In this document: positions 9,263 to 18,692 of the stretch, piece after piece
Layout: every line of letters begins with the position of its first letter
How positions within the stretch are numbered: the stretch's first letter is position 1
Assembly: GCA_963828165.1 (NCBI GenBank)
Contig: CAWHDR010000001.1
Coordinates: 640,001 to 704,000 of the forward strand
Direction: 5' to 3'
Length of the DNA stretch: 64,000 nucleotides
From: an uncultured Chloroflexia bacterium
GTDB taxonomy: Bacteria > Chloroflexota > Limnocylindria > Limnocylindrales > CSP1-4
Program-made: the position numbers and the translations under genes
The notes under the pieces: model-generated
Databases searched by the model: none
Seen by the model: the letters and a program-made list of their open reading frames with translations, nothing else
Told to the model about the DNA's origin: nothing

Positions 9263-9338
9263 GCGGGAGTAACTCAGCTGGCAGAGTGTCTGCTTCCCAA
9301 GCAGAATGTCGCGGGTTCGAATCCCGTCTCCCGCTCCA
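9263..9338 (+). tRNA. tRNA-Gly (anticodon CCC)
   Basis: GCGGGAG/CTCCCGC acceptor stem, anticodon arm TCTGC-TTCCCAA-GCAGA, T-loop GGTTCGAATCC, encoded CCA; 76 nt. Confidence 0.97.
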
Positions 9339-9343
9339 CTTCC

Positions 9344-10177
9344 CTAAGGCGCTGCGCGTGCCGCCGCGTTGATCTCGTGGATCTCGCGGGCGAATTTTGC
9401 CGCTCGGGCCGCCCAGGCGACCGGCCGCTTGTGGTCCTTCGCGACCGGCTGCATCGAGACGTACGTGCCGTCCCAGACCATCGCGAGTGGGGCATATCGC
9501 CACGGTGTGAAGAAGCGGCGCAATTCGCCGGTGCTGAGCTCCGTGTCGGGTGGCATGTCGTAGCCGTTCTTGCTCTGGCGACCGAACAGCGGCCCGACGA
9601 CGCGCACGCTCGTCACCTCGAATGCGTCAGTCAGCAACGGATCGGCAGTGGCCTCGAACCCGGTGAGGATCCAGCCGTGTCCACCGTTGGACACGGTCAG
9701 CGCCGCCGGCAGACCCGTCCTTCGCAGATTCGCCGCCGCCGACCGCAGACCCGCCGAGAACGAGCGGCTGGCGACCAGCCGGTAGCGGTCGTCGACGAAG
9801 TGGCGTAGCCCGGCGGTCCAGCCCTGCGGATCGACGCCAGCTGATTCGGGCAGGTCGTAGCGGTTCCGCTTGCGCATCCAGTCGAAGTAGCGGCGCTGTC
9901 CGCTCGTGGAGTGGTCGTTGTCGCGCTCGACGATGTTGCGGACGATCTGGACGCCGGCAGCGGTGCACCACAGCCAGCTCTTTTGGGTGGTGAAGACGCC
10001 GTCCCGATACAGATCGATGCTGCCGTCCCAGGCCGGCAGTAGGGCCGCGGGCGCGGGCACGGCGGCGCGGCCGGACGAGGGGGCGGCGACCACGGGGGCG
10101 GCGGGCAGGAGGAGCGTGATCGTGAGCGCGAGGATGACCCGGAGTGCCGAACCGGGCCGCCGCGGATGGCCGGTCAT
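9344..10177 (-). CDS. Secreted papain-like (C39-like) cysteine peptidase
   Basis: Signal peptide (LALTITLLLPAAPVVA); Q..WLWCTAA catalytic Cys motif and GGHGWILTGF His motif. Confidence 0.6.
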   Translation of the reverse strand: MTGHPRRPGSALRVILALTITLLLPAAPVVAAPSSGRAAVPAPAALLPAWDGSIDLYRDGVFTTQKSWLWCTAAGVQIVRNIVERDNDHSTSGQRRYFDWMRKRNRYDLPESAGVDPQGWTAGLRHFVDDRYRLVASRSFSAGLRSAAANLRRTGLPAALTVSNGGHGWILTGFEATADPLLTDAFEVTSVRVVGPLFGRQSKNGYDMPPDTELSTGELRRFFTPWRYAPLAMVWDGTYVSMQPVAKDHKRPVAWAARAAKFAREIHEINAAARAAP

Positions 10178-10380
10178 CGCATCATCCTGCTACGGCCAGC
10201 GGGATCTTGCAGGCGCCAGGAGCGTTCCAACCGGCGAAGGAAGGCCCGTTCGACGGCGTTCTGAACGGCCCGCATCCCCATCCGACGTCCGATCGCTGTC
10301 GTTTGGGCCCTTCGCCGGTCGGTTGGATGCTGGTGGCGCCACGCGGGGCGCTGGCGGCGCCACCGGCTGCCGCGGAGGAC

Positions 10381-12096
10381 CTAGGCGCGCTGCGACAGCT
10401 CCCCGAGGCGCTCGGTCAGCCGCAGGTTCTCTGCGTAGTCGATCGGGACTTCCACGAGCGACGGCCCATCCACCGCGAGCGCCCGTTCGAGCATCGGGTA
10501 CAGCTCAGACGCCGACGCCGGCCGGAAACCCGCGATCCCGAACGACTCTGCATACGCCACGAAGTCCGGATTGCCGAATTCCACCCCGAACGGGCGTCCG
10601 AACTCGTTGCGCTGCTTCCAGTCGATGAGGCCATAGCCGTCGTCGCGCCACACGATCACGCAGATGTTCGCGCCGATCCGCTTCGCGGTCTCGAGCTCCT
10701 GGCTGTTCATGAGGAACCCGCCGTCGCCACACAGCGCAACCACCTTGCGGTCGGGATGGACGAGCTTGGCGGCGATCGCGCCCGGGATGGCGATGCCCAT
10801 GGCGGCGAAGCCGTTCGAGATGATCACGGTATTCGGCTCGTACGCCTGGTACAGACGCGCCACCCAGACCTTGTGCGCCCCGACGTCCGACACGACGATG
10901 TCCGAGGCACCCATCGCGCGGCGCAGATCCCCGATCGCCCGTTGCGGCGTGATCGGCCAGGCATCGGTCGCCTCGTGCGCCGCGAGCTCGTCGAGCAGCT
11001 GGGTACGCAGGTCGGCGTGGACCAGGATCTCGCGCGATGCGTGCCGCTCGGACGCATCGCGCCCGCCGACGCCAAGCGGCAGGACCGCGTCGAGCAGCCG
11101 CCGAAGCGACCCGTCGATGTCGCCGATCAGCTCGACCTCGGGGCGGTAGGCGGCGTCGATCTCCGCCGGCTGGGTGTCGATGTGGATCACCCGCTTGGAA
11201 CCGTCCGGGTCCCACGACGATGGTGCGTACTCCACCAGGTCGTACCCGACGCAGATGACGAGGTCGGCCCGATCGAAGCCCGACAGGACGTGGTCGCGCG
11301 CCTGGAGCCCGACGGCCATCAGCGAGAGGTGCGACCGGTCGTCGATCGCGCCCTTGCCCATGAACGTGGCCGCGACCGGGACATGCAGGCCGCGCGCCAG
11401 CGCCCGGAGTTCCGGCGCGGCGCCCCGGCGCAGGATCCCGTTGCCGGCCAGGATGATCGGTCGTTCCGACGCGGCGATGAGGCTCGCCGCGTGGGCGATG
11501 GCCTCGTCGGTGGGCTCGGGGAAGTAGGCACGCCCCGGCGTCAGCGGCACGGGCCGGGGCCCGTCCGGCGAGAAGGTGGCGGCCGCGATGTCCTCCGGCA
11601 GCTCGATATGGGTCGGCCCGGGCTTCTCCAGGGTCGCGACCCGGAACGCCTTGCGCACGATCTCGGGGATGAGCTCGGCCTGCCCGACCCGCGTGTTCCA
11701 CTTCGTGACGGGCTCGAGCATGCGAACGATGTCGACGACCTGGTGCGCCTCCTTGTGGAGCTTCGAGGACGCGGCCTGGCCGGTGATCGCGACCATCGGC
11801 GCGCGGTCCAGGAACGCGTCCGCCACGCCGGTGATGAGGTTCGTCGCGCCGGGACCGAGTGTCCCCATCGCCACGGCGGCGCGGCCGGTCAGGCGCCCGT
11901 GGACGTCGGCCATGAACGCCGCGCCCTGCTCGTGGCGGGTCGTGACGTGGCGAACACCCTCGTGATGCGACAGCGCATCGAGGACATCCATCGTCTCCTC
12001 GCCGGGCACGGAAAAGACGTACTCGCAGCCCTCGGCCGCAAGGCAGTCCACGAGCAGGTCGGCAGCACGACGGGTCGCGCGCGGAGTGGTCGTCAT
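10381..12096 (-). CDS. Acetolactate synthase large subunit (TPP-dependent), no regulatory subunit adjacent
   Basis: FSVPGEE, TRHEQGAAFMA, TLGPGATN, SNGFAAMG, GDGGFLMNSQE (TPP motif). Start MTTTPR at 12096. Confidence 0.93.
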   Translation of the reverse strand: MTTTPRATRRAADLLVDCLAAEGCEYVFSVPGEETMDVLDALSHHEGVRHVTTRHEQGAAFMADVHGRLTGRAAVAMGTLGPGATNLITGVADAFLDRAPMVAITGQAASSKLHKEAHQVVDIVRMLEPVTKWNTRVGQAELIPEIVRKAFRVATLEKPGPTHIELPEDIAAATFSPDGPRPVPLTPGRAYFPEPTDEAIAHAASLIAASERPIILAGNGILRRGAAPELRALARGLHVPVAATFMGKGAIDDRSHLSLMAVGLQARDHVLSGFDRADLVICVGYDLVEYAPSSWDPDGSKRVIHIDTQPAEIDAAYRPEVELIGDIDGSLRRLLDAVLPLGVGGRDASERHASREILVHADLRTQLLDELAAHEATDAWPITPQRAIGDLRRAMGASDIVVSDVGAHKVWVARLYQAYEPNTVIISNGFAAMGIAIPGAIAAKLVHPDRKVVALCGDGGFLMNSQELETAKRIGANICVIVWRDDGYGLIDWKQRNEFGRPFGVEFGNPDFVAYAESFGIAGFRPASASELYPMLERALAVDGPSLVEVPIDYAENLRLTERLGELSQRA

Positions 12097-12195
12097 CGCC
12101 GCCAAGGGTAGGCCATCACCGCGATCATCAGGCGGTCCCGAACACCAAGGCCGGACACGGTGCGCTACGCTCGCGGCCGTTCGCAGGAGGACCAT

Positions 12196-13728
12196 GTGCG
12201 CCCGAGCCTGAACATGCTCGCCCCCGAGCTCATCGAGCGGATCGTCGACGAGGCGAAGCGGGTGCTGGCCGAGGTCGGGATGGAGATCCGCGGGGCGGAG
12301 ATGCGTCGCCGGCTGCTCGAGGCGGGTCTCCCGACGAACGCCACGGGCGAGCGCGTGCTGTTCCCGAGGGCCGTCGTGGAGCGAGCGATCGCGGACGCGC
12401 CGCGCGCGTTCACGCTGTACACACGCGACGGGGAGCCGCATGCCGACCTCGGCGGCGATCGCGTCCATTTCGTCCCGGGCTCGTCAGGCCTCAAGACCCT
12501 GGACCATCGGACCGGAGGGGTCCGCCTCGCGAACTCCACCGACTTCGTCGAGTACGTCCGCCTCGCCGACGGCCTGGAGCACATCGCCTACCTGGCGACG
12601 GCGTTCTCGACGAACGAGGACATCGAGCCCCAGGTGTCCGATGCGTGGCGCCTGTACATGACGCTCACCAACTCCAAGAAGCCGGTCGTGTCGGGCGCCT
12701 TCACGGAGCACGGCGTCGGTCGGATGGTCGAGATGATGCAGCTCTTTCGGACCGACCGCGCCGACCTCATCGCGCGCCCCATGTCGATCTTCACTATCAC
12801 CGCCACCGGCAACTTCCGGTACAGCGAGGACTCCTGCCAGAACCTCATCGACTGCGTCGAGGCGGGCATCCCGGTCGAGATCGTGCCGGTGACGCTCATG
12901 GGCCTGATCGCGCCGGTCACGACCGTCGGCGCGACGGTCTTCCACACGGTGGACGTGCTGGCCGGCATCACCATGGCCCAGGTCATCAAGCCCGGGGCGC
13001 CGGTGCTGTTCGGCGGAGCGCCGGCAACGTTCCACATGAAGGTGGCGAGCTCGCCGATGTCCGCCATCGAGGCGCTCCAGCTGGATGCCGCCTACGTCGC
13101 GGTCGCCAAAACGCTCGAGCTGCCATGCCAGTCGTACATGGCCCTCTCGGACGGGCCGATCCTCGACGCCCAGGCCGGCGCGGAGACGTTCGGGAGCGCG
13201 TTGATCGCAGCGTTGGCTGGCGTGAATTCCGTCAGCGGCCCCGGCATGCTGGACTTCTTGCTGGTCTTCAGCCTGCCCAAGCTTGTCTTCGACAACGAGA
13301 TGTGCGGCCAGGCGCTGCGCTTCGTGCGCGAGATCAAGCCGATCGACGACCTGCCGGTGGGTGCGCTCATCGACCAGCTGATGGCGGATCAGCACTTGAT
13401 CATGGCCGACCACACGACGGCCAACTGGCCGAGCGAGCTGTACCTGCCGTCGACCATCGTCGAGCGGGATAACCGCGAGAACTGGACGAAGGCCGGGGCC
13501 AAGGACACGTACCAGCGCGCGATCGAAGAGGTCGATCGGCGGCTCGCCGCGTACCGGCCGCTCGACACGGATCCGGCGATCGATGCCGAGCTTCGGAGGA
13601 TCATCGCCTCAGGCCTGGAATCGCAGACCGAGCTGCCGTACGTGCCGCCCGCCGCGGAGCCGACGGCGGCGGCCCTTGCGCAGCAGGCCGGACCCGTGCG
13701 CCGTCGCAACCCGCGGCGCGGCGGCTGA
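12196..13728 (+). CDS. Trimethylamine methyltransferase (MttB) superfamily protein, non-pyrrolysine
   Basis: RBS AGGAGG; [41 protein letters not shown]...KLVFDNE; no in-frame amber. Confidence 0.9.
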   Translation: MRPSLNMLAPELIERIVDEAKRVLAEVGMEIRGAEMRRRLLEAGLPTNATGERVLFPRAVVERAIADAPRAFTLYTRDGEPHADLGGDRVHFVPGSSGLKTLDHRTGGVRLANSTDFVEYVRLADGLEHIAYLATAFSTNEDIEPQVSDAWRLYMTLTNSKKPVVSGAFTEHGVGRMVEMMQLFRTDRADLIARPMSIFTITATGNFRYSEDSCQNLIDCVEAGIPVEIVPVTLMGLIAPVTTVGATVFHTVDVLAGITMAQVIKPGAPVLFGGAPATFHMKVASSPMSAIEALQLDAAYVAVAKTLELPCQSYMALSDGPILDAQAGAETFGSALIAALAGVNSVSGPGMLDFLLVFSLPKLVFDNEMCGQALRFVREIKPIDDLPVGALIDQLMADQHLIMADHTTANWPSELYLPSTIVERDNRENWTKAGAKDTYQRAIEEVDRRLAAYRPLDTDPAIDAELRRIIASGLESQTELPYVPPAAEPTAAALAQQAGPVRRRNPRRGG

Positions 13729-13735
13729 CCGGACG

Positions 13736-14434
13736 GTGCCGACCGAGCCATCAGCCGACGCGGCCAAGGAAACGCGGACCACGTCGGACGACACGCTTCC
13801 CGAGCAGCCCATCGGTCGCGAAGGGCGCCTGGTCCGTCTCCGCGAGGCCACGCGTCGGGACGCCGCGGTCGTGGATGCGCGGGACGCCGATCCTGCGGTC
13901 CGCGGCGAGTTCAACGACCTGGGCCAGCCGCCGCCCAAGCCACTCGCAGAGCAGCTCGCGGGCGGCAAGCGGATGGTGAGCGCGGAGCGAGGGCGACTCT
14001 TCGTCGAGCGCCTCGAGGATGGGGCGCTCATCGGTGACGTGAGCTGGCATCCGGTCATGTACGGACCGAACGAGCAGTCGCGGGCCCTGAACATCGGGAT
14101 CGCGCTCTACCCCGACGCCCGTGGCCACGGCTTCGGGGCGGAGGCGCAACGGTTGCTGGCGGAACTACTCCTCGAACGGTTCGACGTGCAGCGCGTCGAG
14201 GCCAGCACGGATGTCGACAACGTGGCGGAGCAGCGGTCGCTGGCCAAGGCGGGCTTCACGAGGGAGGGAGTGGTCCGCCGGGCGCAGTTTCGCGCGGGAG
14301 CACACCACGACCTTGTCACCTACTCGTTCGTACGTGACGACCTCGAACACGGCGTTCCGCGGGGCTCGCGGACGAGTGATGGCCGGCGCGGGGACCGCGC
14401 CGGCCATCGTGACTGCGTTCGACGCGGAGACTAG
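13736..14434 (+). CDS. GNAT acetyltransferase (RimJ/RimL-like)
   Basis: PDARGHGFGAEA acetyl-CoA motif, NVAEQRSLAKAGFTREG. Confidence 0.9.
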   Translation: MPTEPSADAAKETRTTSDDTLPEQPIGREGRLVRLREATRRDAAVVDARDADPAVRGEFNDLGQPPPKPLAEQLAGGKRMVSAERGRLFVERLEDGALIGDVSWHPVMYGPNEQSRALNIGIALYPDARGHGFGAEAQRLLAELLLERFDVQRVEASTDVDNVAEQRSLAKAGFTREGVVRRAQFRAGAHHDLVTYSFVRDDLEHGVPRGSRTSDGRRGDRAGHRDCVRRGD

Positions 14435-14658
14435 CGGTCGTCCAATAGCTGCGGCTCGCCGGTGCCCGGCAGGAGCAGGTCAGCGTCGAAGGCGGCGTCC
14501 GCCTCCGACCACTCCCGGTTCTCCTCGCGGTGGGCGAGGATGTGGAAGAGGATCCACAGCGCGATCCCGATGATCGCGAGCGGCACCTCCGTGCCCGGGA
14601 ACGGATACAGCGGCCCGATGTCGGCCGGGTTGCTGAACGACGTGAGTCCGGTGTTCAT
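14431..14658 (-). CDS. Small single-TM membrane protein coupled to the Amt gene (75 aa)
   Basis: ATGA overlap with the Amt stop, GGAGG RBS; GPLYPFPGTE followed by TM LAIIGIALWILFHIL. Confidence 0.75.
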   Translation of the reverse strand: MNTGLTSFSNPADIGPLYPFPGTEVPLAIIGIALWILFHILAHREENREWSEADAAFDADLLLPGTGEPQLLDDR

Positions 14659-16097
14659 GGTGCCTCCCGCGAATCAGGTGACCGGCGCGCCCCGTCGACG
14701 ACGAGTCCCTCCTGCTTCTCGACCTGCTCGAAGCCGGTGTAGGTCCGTGCGAAGTACGGGTACGACGAGTCGGTCGTGTTCGTGTCCAGACCGGCCAGCT
14801 CGACGCGGTACGGGACGCGCAGGATGCCGGCGGCCTTGAGGACGCGGGCAAGGACGTAGAACGGGGCAAAGCCAAGGACGCCGAACATGATGAAGGCGCC
14901 GATGATGTTGCCGATGGGGTTGATGGCGGGGAATCCATCGGCCGTGGTGCCGAAGAACGGGGCGGCGCTGCCCGCGAGCGGCGCTGCAGCCGGGTAGCCC
15001 CAGAGCAGGAACCCGGCGATGATGACGCCGAACGTGCCGGCGTATCCGTGGACGGCAACGGCACCAACGGCGTCGTCGATCCTGAACCGACGCTCCACGT
15101 AGTAGTGCATCCGGTACGCGATGGTGGCGCCGACGCCGCCGACGATCATCGCCTGGATCGGGTGATACAGGTCGTTGCCTGCCGACGCCGAGATGATGCC
15201 GGCCAGGCCGGCGGACAGCGTCCAGTAGGGCTGGCCCTTGCTGAGGATGAACCCTGCCATCATCCCGCCGGACAGGGACATCAGGAAGTTGAACGTGATG
15301 CCCGACAGGGTCGTCGGCATCAGGTAGATGTTCGTGGCCGAGAAGAACGGCTCCCCCTCGGTCCCGATGTTGAAGACCGGGATGTTGCAGGCGGCGTAGA
15401 AGCCCCAGAAGCCCGTGTAGATGAGCAGGAGCCCGACGCACGCCATCCAGACGTTGTGCGGTGGGATGTTCCGGATCTCCCCGTTCGGCCCGAACCTCCC
15501 GATGCGTGGCCCGAGGACGATCAGCACGGCCAGCGCAGCGCCGCCAGCGATGGCGTGGATGACACCGGACGCGTACGCGTCGTGGTAGCCCATGAGCTGG
15601 ACCATCCACCCGTTCGGGGACCAACCCCAGGCGGCATCGATGATCCACGTCACGGAACCGATCATGAAGGCCATGATCAGGAACGCACCCGTCCGGACGC
15701 GCTCGATGATGGCCCCCGAGATGATCGAGGCCGCCGTCCACGAGAACAGCAGGAACGCCGCCCAGAAGACGCCGGTGATCCGGTCGCCCATGTTCACGCC
15801 CATGAGCGGCGACCACGGGTAGAAGCCGTCCGCGAGTGGATCGACGCCCATGCCGTTGTTGATGAACGGCCCGTGGATGAACGCGAAGTAGATCCACCAG
15901 CCGAAGAAGAAGAACGTGACGGTGACGATCGGGATGACCATCACGTTCTTGATCAGCACGTGCTGGAGGTTCTTCCGCCGTGCGATCCCGACCTCGTAGG
16001 CCGCGAAGCCCGCGTGGATCAGGAACATGAAGACGACCGTCACCCAGTAGTAGAACTCGGTGAACAGGACGTTCAGGGAATCGGTCAGATCGGACAT
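14655..16097 (-). CDS. amt: Ammonium/methylammonium transporter (Amt family)
   Basis: MFLIHAGF, ASIISGAIIER, HDAYASGVIH, LGPRIGRF, DDAVGAVAVHG (twin His kept); many TM helices. Start MSDLT after GAGGG. Confidence 0.93.
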   Translation of the reverse strand: MSDLTDSLNVLFTEFYYWVTVVFMFLIHAGFAAYEVGIARRKNLQHVLIKNVMVIPIVTVTFFFFGWWIYFAFIHGPFINNGMGVDPLADGFYPWSPLMGVNMGDRITGVFWAAFLLFSWTAASIISGAIIERVRTGAFLIMAFMIGSVTWIIDAAWGWSPNGWMVQLMGYHDAYASGVIHAIAGGAALAVLIVLGPRIGRFGPNGEIRNIPPHNVWMACVGLLLIYTGFWGFYAACNIPVFNIGTEGEPFFSATNIYLMPTTLSGITFNFLMSLSGGMMAGFILSKGQPYWTLSAGLAGIISASAGNDLYHPIQAMIVGGVGATIAYRMHYYVERRFRIDDAVGAVAVHGYAGTFGVIIAGFLLWGYPAAAPLAGSAAPFFGTTADGFPAINPIGNIIGAFIMFGVLGFAPFYVLARVLKAAGILRVPYRVELAGLDTNTTDSSYPYFARTYTGFEQVEKQEGLVVDGARRSPDSREAP

Positions 16098-16203
16098 ACC
16101 CTCCCTCACCAAATGACGGGACGAGACAGCATGCGGCGACACACTCCGGCCACCGCTCGGTGGGTCGCGGGACTGGGTCGCCTGGGTCGCCCTCCTTCCT
16201 CCC

Positions 16204-16851
16204 CTACCGTTCGCCCGGTCGATCCTCCGGATCGAGCTCGACCGTGATGGACAGGAACCGGGCCGGAAGCACGCTCAGGCGCTCCGGCCCGTGTGGGATC
16301 CGGCCGTCGAACATCAGGGAGTCGCCGGGGTCCATGTCGTAGGTGTGCCGGCCATACCGATACACGAACGAGCCCTCGAGGGCGTACAGGAACTCGACAC
16401 CCTCGTGCTGGAACAGCGGGAACGTCTCCCGCTGCTCGGTCAAGGTGACGAGGAAGGGCTGCACTCGCCGCTGGGCGCCCTTCGCCGCGGCGAGCAGCTC
16501 GTAACGATGCCCGTGGCGCGTCCCCTGACGGATGAGCTCGATGCCGTCGCCCGCGCGCACGTACGACGCGTCGCGTTCTTCCTCGAAGCCTCGGAAGAAG
16601 GTGGTGACCGGGACCTCCAGCGCCTGCGACAGGCGCGCCAGCGTCCGCAGGCTCGGGGAGGTCTGGGCATTCTCGATCTTCGAGATCATGCCGAGCGAGA
16701 GCCCGGCTCTGTCGGCGACATCCTGGAGTGTCAGACCGAGCCGTCGCCGTTCCTCGCGCAGACGGTCACCGATGGCCTGCGTGATGGCGTCCTCGAGAAA
16801 GGCCGCCTCATCCAGGTGCAGGGTCGCGAGGACATCGTCCGGTGCTGCCAT
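16204..16851 (-). CDS. XRE-family HTH plus cupin transcriptional regulator
   Basis: LTLQDVADRAGLSLGMISKIENAQTSPSL HTH; QHEGVEFLY...FDGRIPHGP cupin. Confidence 0.93.
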   Translation of the reverse strand: MAAPDDVLATLHLDEAAFLEDAITQAIGDRLREERRRLGLTLQDVADRAGLSLGMISKIENAQTSPSLRTLARLSQALEVPVTTFFRGFEEERDASYVRAGDGIELIRQGTRHGHRYELLAAAKGAQRRVQPFLVTLTEQRETFPLFQHEGVEFLYALEGSFVYRYGRHTYDMDPGDSLMFDGRIPHGPERLSVLPARFLSITVELDPEDRPGER

Positions 16852-16898
16852 CCACCGCTCCGCGGCACCCTCTACCCTCCGGGGTGCGTCCGCGAGCG

Positions 16899-16989
16899 TA
16901 CACCATCAGGAAACACGCATGTCGGCAAACCTGCGCGCAAAGTTGCACGCGAGTGGATGCCGTGCCGTATCATCTTCGCCACGAGTGGA
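16899..16989. promoter_or_regulatory. Divergent promoter region with degenerate repeated candidate operator sites
   Basis: tacac-catca-ggaaa (16899), tgcac-gcga-gtgga (16944), ttcgc-cacga-gtgga (16975); TTGCAC 16943 and TATCAT 16968 resemble -35/-10 but the spacer is long (19 nt). Confidence 0.35.
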
Positions 16990-17049
16990 GCGACGGCCAC
17001 CGGCACCGGTGGTCCCTCGCGCGGCGCTTAACCGGTGGTGGAGTCGATC

Positions 17050-17979
17050 ATGTGTGGCATCGCTGGCTTCCTGTCCAAGCAAGACGATCCGGCGCCGGTC
17101 GGGCGGATCATGTCGGACATGCTCACGAGTCTTGCCCGGCGCGGCCCCGACTCGGTCGGCATGGCCCTGTACCGGACGGAGCCCTCGCCGCGCAGCGCGT
17201 GCTGGATCAGGCTCCCTGAGAGCGACCCGCAGGCACACGCCCAGCGGATCCTCACCGGCCTCGCCGGCGTCGGCGACGTCACACAGGTCGAGCAGCATGA
17301 GGGCCTGATGCGCGTCGAGCTCGCGACAAGCGCGGATGGTGCCGCCGTTCGTGCCGCTGTCGAGCAGGGTTCGGACGAGATCGAAGTCGTGAGCTACGGC
17401 AATCAGCTCGAGCTCGTCAAACAGGTCGGCCACCCGGACGCCCTGGAGCGGGCCTTCTCGATGGAATCGTTCCGGGGCAGCCATGCCATCGGGCACACCC
17501 GACTCTCGACCGAGAGCCGCGTGGACCTCACCCACTCGCAGCCCTTCTGGACACGCGGCGTGGCCGACGTCGCGACCGTCCACAACGGCCACATCACCAA
17601 CTACCACAAGCTGCGGCGCCTCTACGAGCAGCAGGGCGTCCGCTTCTTTTCCGAGAATGACTCGGAGGTCATCGGCGTCTACCTCGCCGACCAGCTGGGC
17701 CAGGGCCTCAGCCTGGAGCAGGCAGTGGAGCGCTCCCTCGACGACTTCGACGGGTCCTTCACCTACTTCGTCGCGAGCGGCGACGCCATCGGGTTCGCCC
17801 GCGACCCGTTCGCGCTGAAGCCGCTGGTCATCGTCGAAACGGACGACTACGTCGCCATCGCCAACGAGGAGATCGCCATCCGTGCGGCCCTCGGCCCGGC
17901 CGGCGTCGCGCACGAACCCTCCGGCCACGTCTTCAAGCTCTGGCACCGCACTGACGCGGCGACCTCGGTCGCCGCCTGA
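17050..17979 (+). CDS. mgsA: N-methylglutamate synthase subunit A-like (class II glutamine amidotransferase, GlxB)
   Basis: MCGIAG Ntn Cys, RRGPDSVG, GHTRLSTES, VHNGHITN, NDSEV; context. Confidence 0.85.
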   Translation: MCGIAGFLSKQDDPAPVGRIMSDMLTSLARRGPDSVGMALYRTEPSPRSACWIRLPESDPQAHAQRILTGLAGVGDVTQVEQHEGLMRVELATSADGAAVRAAVEQGSDEIEVVSYGNQLELVKQVGHPDALERAFSMESFRGSHAIGHTRLSTESRVDLTHSQPFWTRGVADVATVHNGHITNYHKLRRLYEQQGVRFFSENDSEVIGVYLADQLGQGLSLEQAVERSLDDFDGSFTYFVASGDAIGFARDPFALKPLVIVETDDYVAIANEEIAIRAALGPAGVAHEPSGHVFKLWHRTDAATSVAA

Positions 17980-18692
17980 TGACGGCCGTCACCGGCCATC
18001 CGTCGACCCTCGAACTCGACGCCGGCGACCGGGACATCCGGGATATCAACCGGGACATCCGGTCGGCCCTTGCCGAGGGCCGCGAGACCGTCGTCCGGAA
18101 CCCTGGGGCGCGGCACAACCTGGGCGTGGCGCTCCTGTCACCGGGCTTCGTCACGTTCGAGGGCAGCGTCGGCTATTACTGCGCCGGCATGAGCGACGGC
18201 GCGACCGTCCGCATCCGCGGCAGCGCCGGCTGGGGCGTCGCAGAGGGGATGCTGTCGGGCCTGGTCACGGTGGAGGGGAACGCAGGCAACGGTGCCGCCG
18301 CGTCCATCCGCGGGGGCACGGTCGTCGTCCACGGCGATTGCGCCGCCCGGGCGGGCATCACGATGAAGGGCGGCCGCCTGCTCATCGGCGGGAATGCCGG
18401 GTACATGACCGCGTTCATGATGCAGAAGGGATACGTCGCGATCGCCGGCGACGCGGGCGATGCCCTCGCGGACTCGATGTACGCAGGCACGGTCTACGTG
18501 GCCGGCGACATCGCCTCGCTCGGCAACGACACGGTCGTGGAGCCAGCCTCGAAGGAGGACCAGGCCATGCTGGAGGCGACCTTCGCCGAGTTCGGGCTGC
18601 CGAAGCCGCGGCCGTTCAAGCGGATCGTCGCCGGCCGCAAGCTCTGGAACTTCGAGAAGCACGAGCTGGAGACGTGGCGGTCCGCGTTGTGA
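17979..18692 (+). CDS. mgsB: N-methylglutamate synthase subunit B-like (GXGXG/FwdC domain, GlxC)
   Basis: NPGARHNLGV, GSVGYYCAGM, repeated GNAG turns. Confidence 0.87.
   Translation: MTAVTGHPSTLELDAGDRDIRDINRDIRSALAEGRETVVRNPGARHNLGVALLSPGFVTFEGSVGYYCAGMSDGATVRIRGSAGWGVAEGMLSGLVTVEGNAGNGAAASIRGGTVVVHGDCAARAGITMKGGRLLIGGNAGYMTAFMMQKGYVAIAGDAGDALADSMYAGTVYVAGDIASLGNDTVVEPASKEDQAMLEATFAEFGLPKPRPFKRIVAGRKLWNFEKHELETWRSAL

Noticed and set aside
9263-9338. tRNA-Gly as integration site of a genomic island
   Set aside because: No integrase, and I noticed no duplicated tRNA 3' end in the window.
16160-16190. Three copies of tgggtcgc between the regulator and amt
   Set aside because: Short and GC-rich with irregular spacing; could be chance, and no function can be supported.
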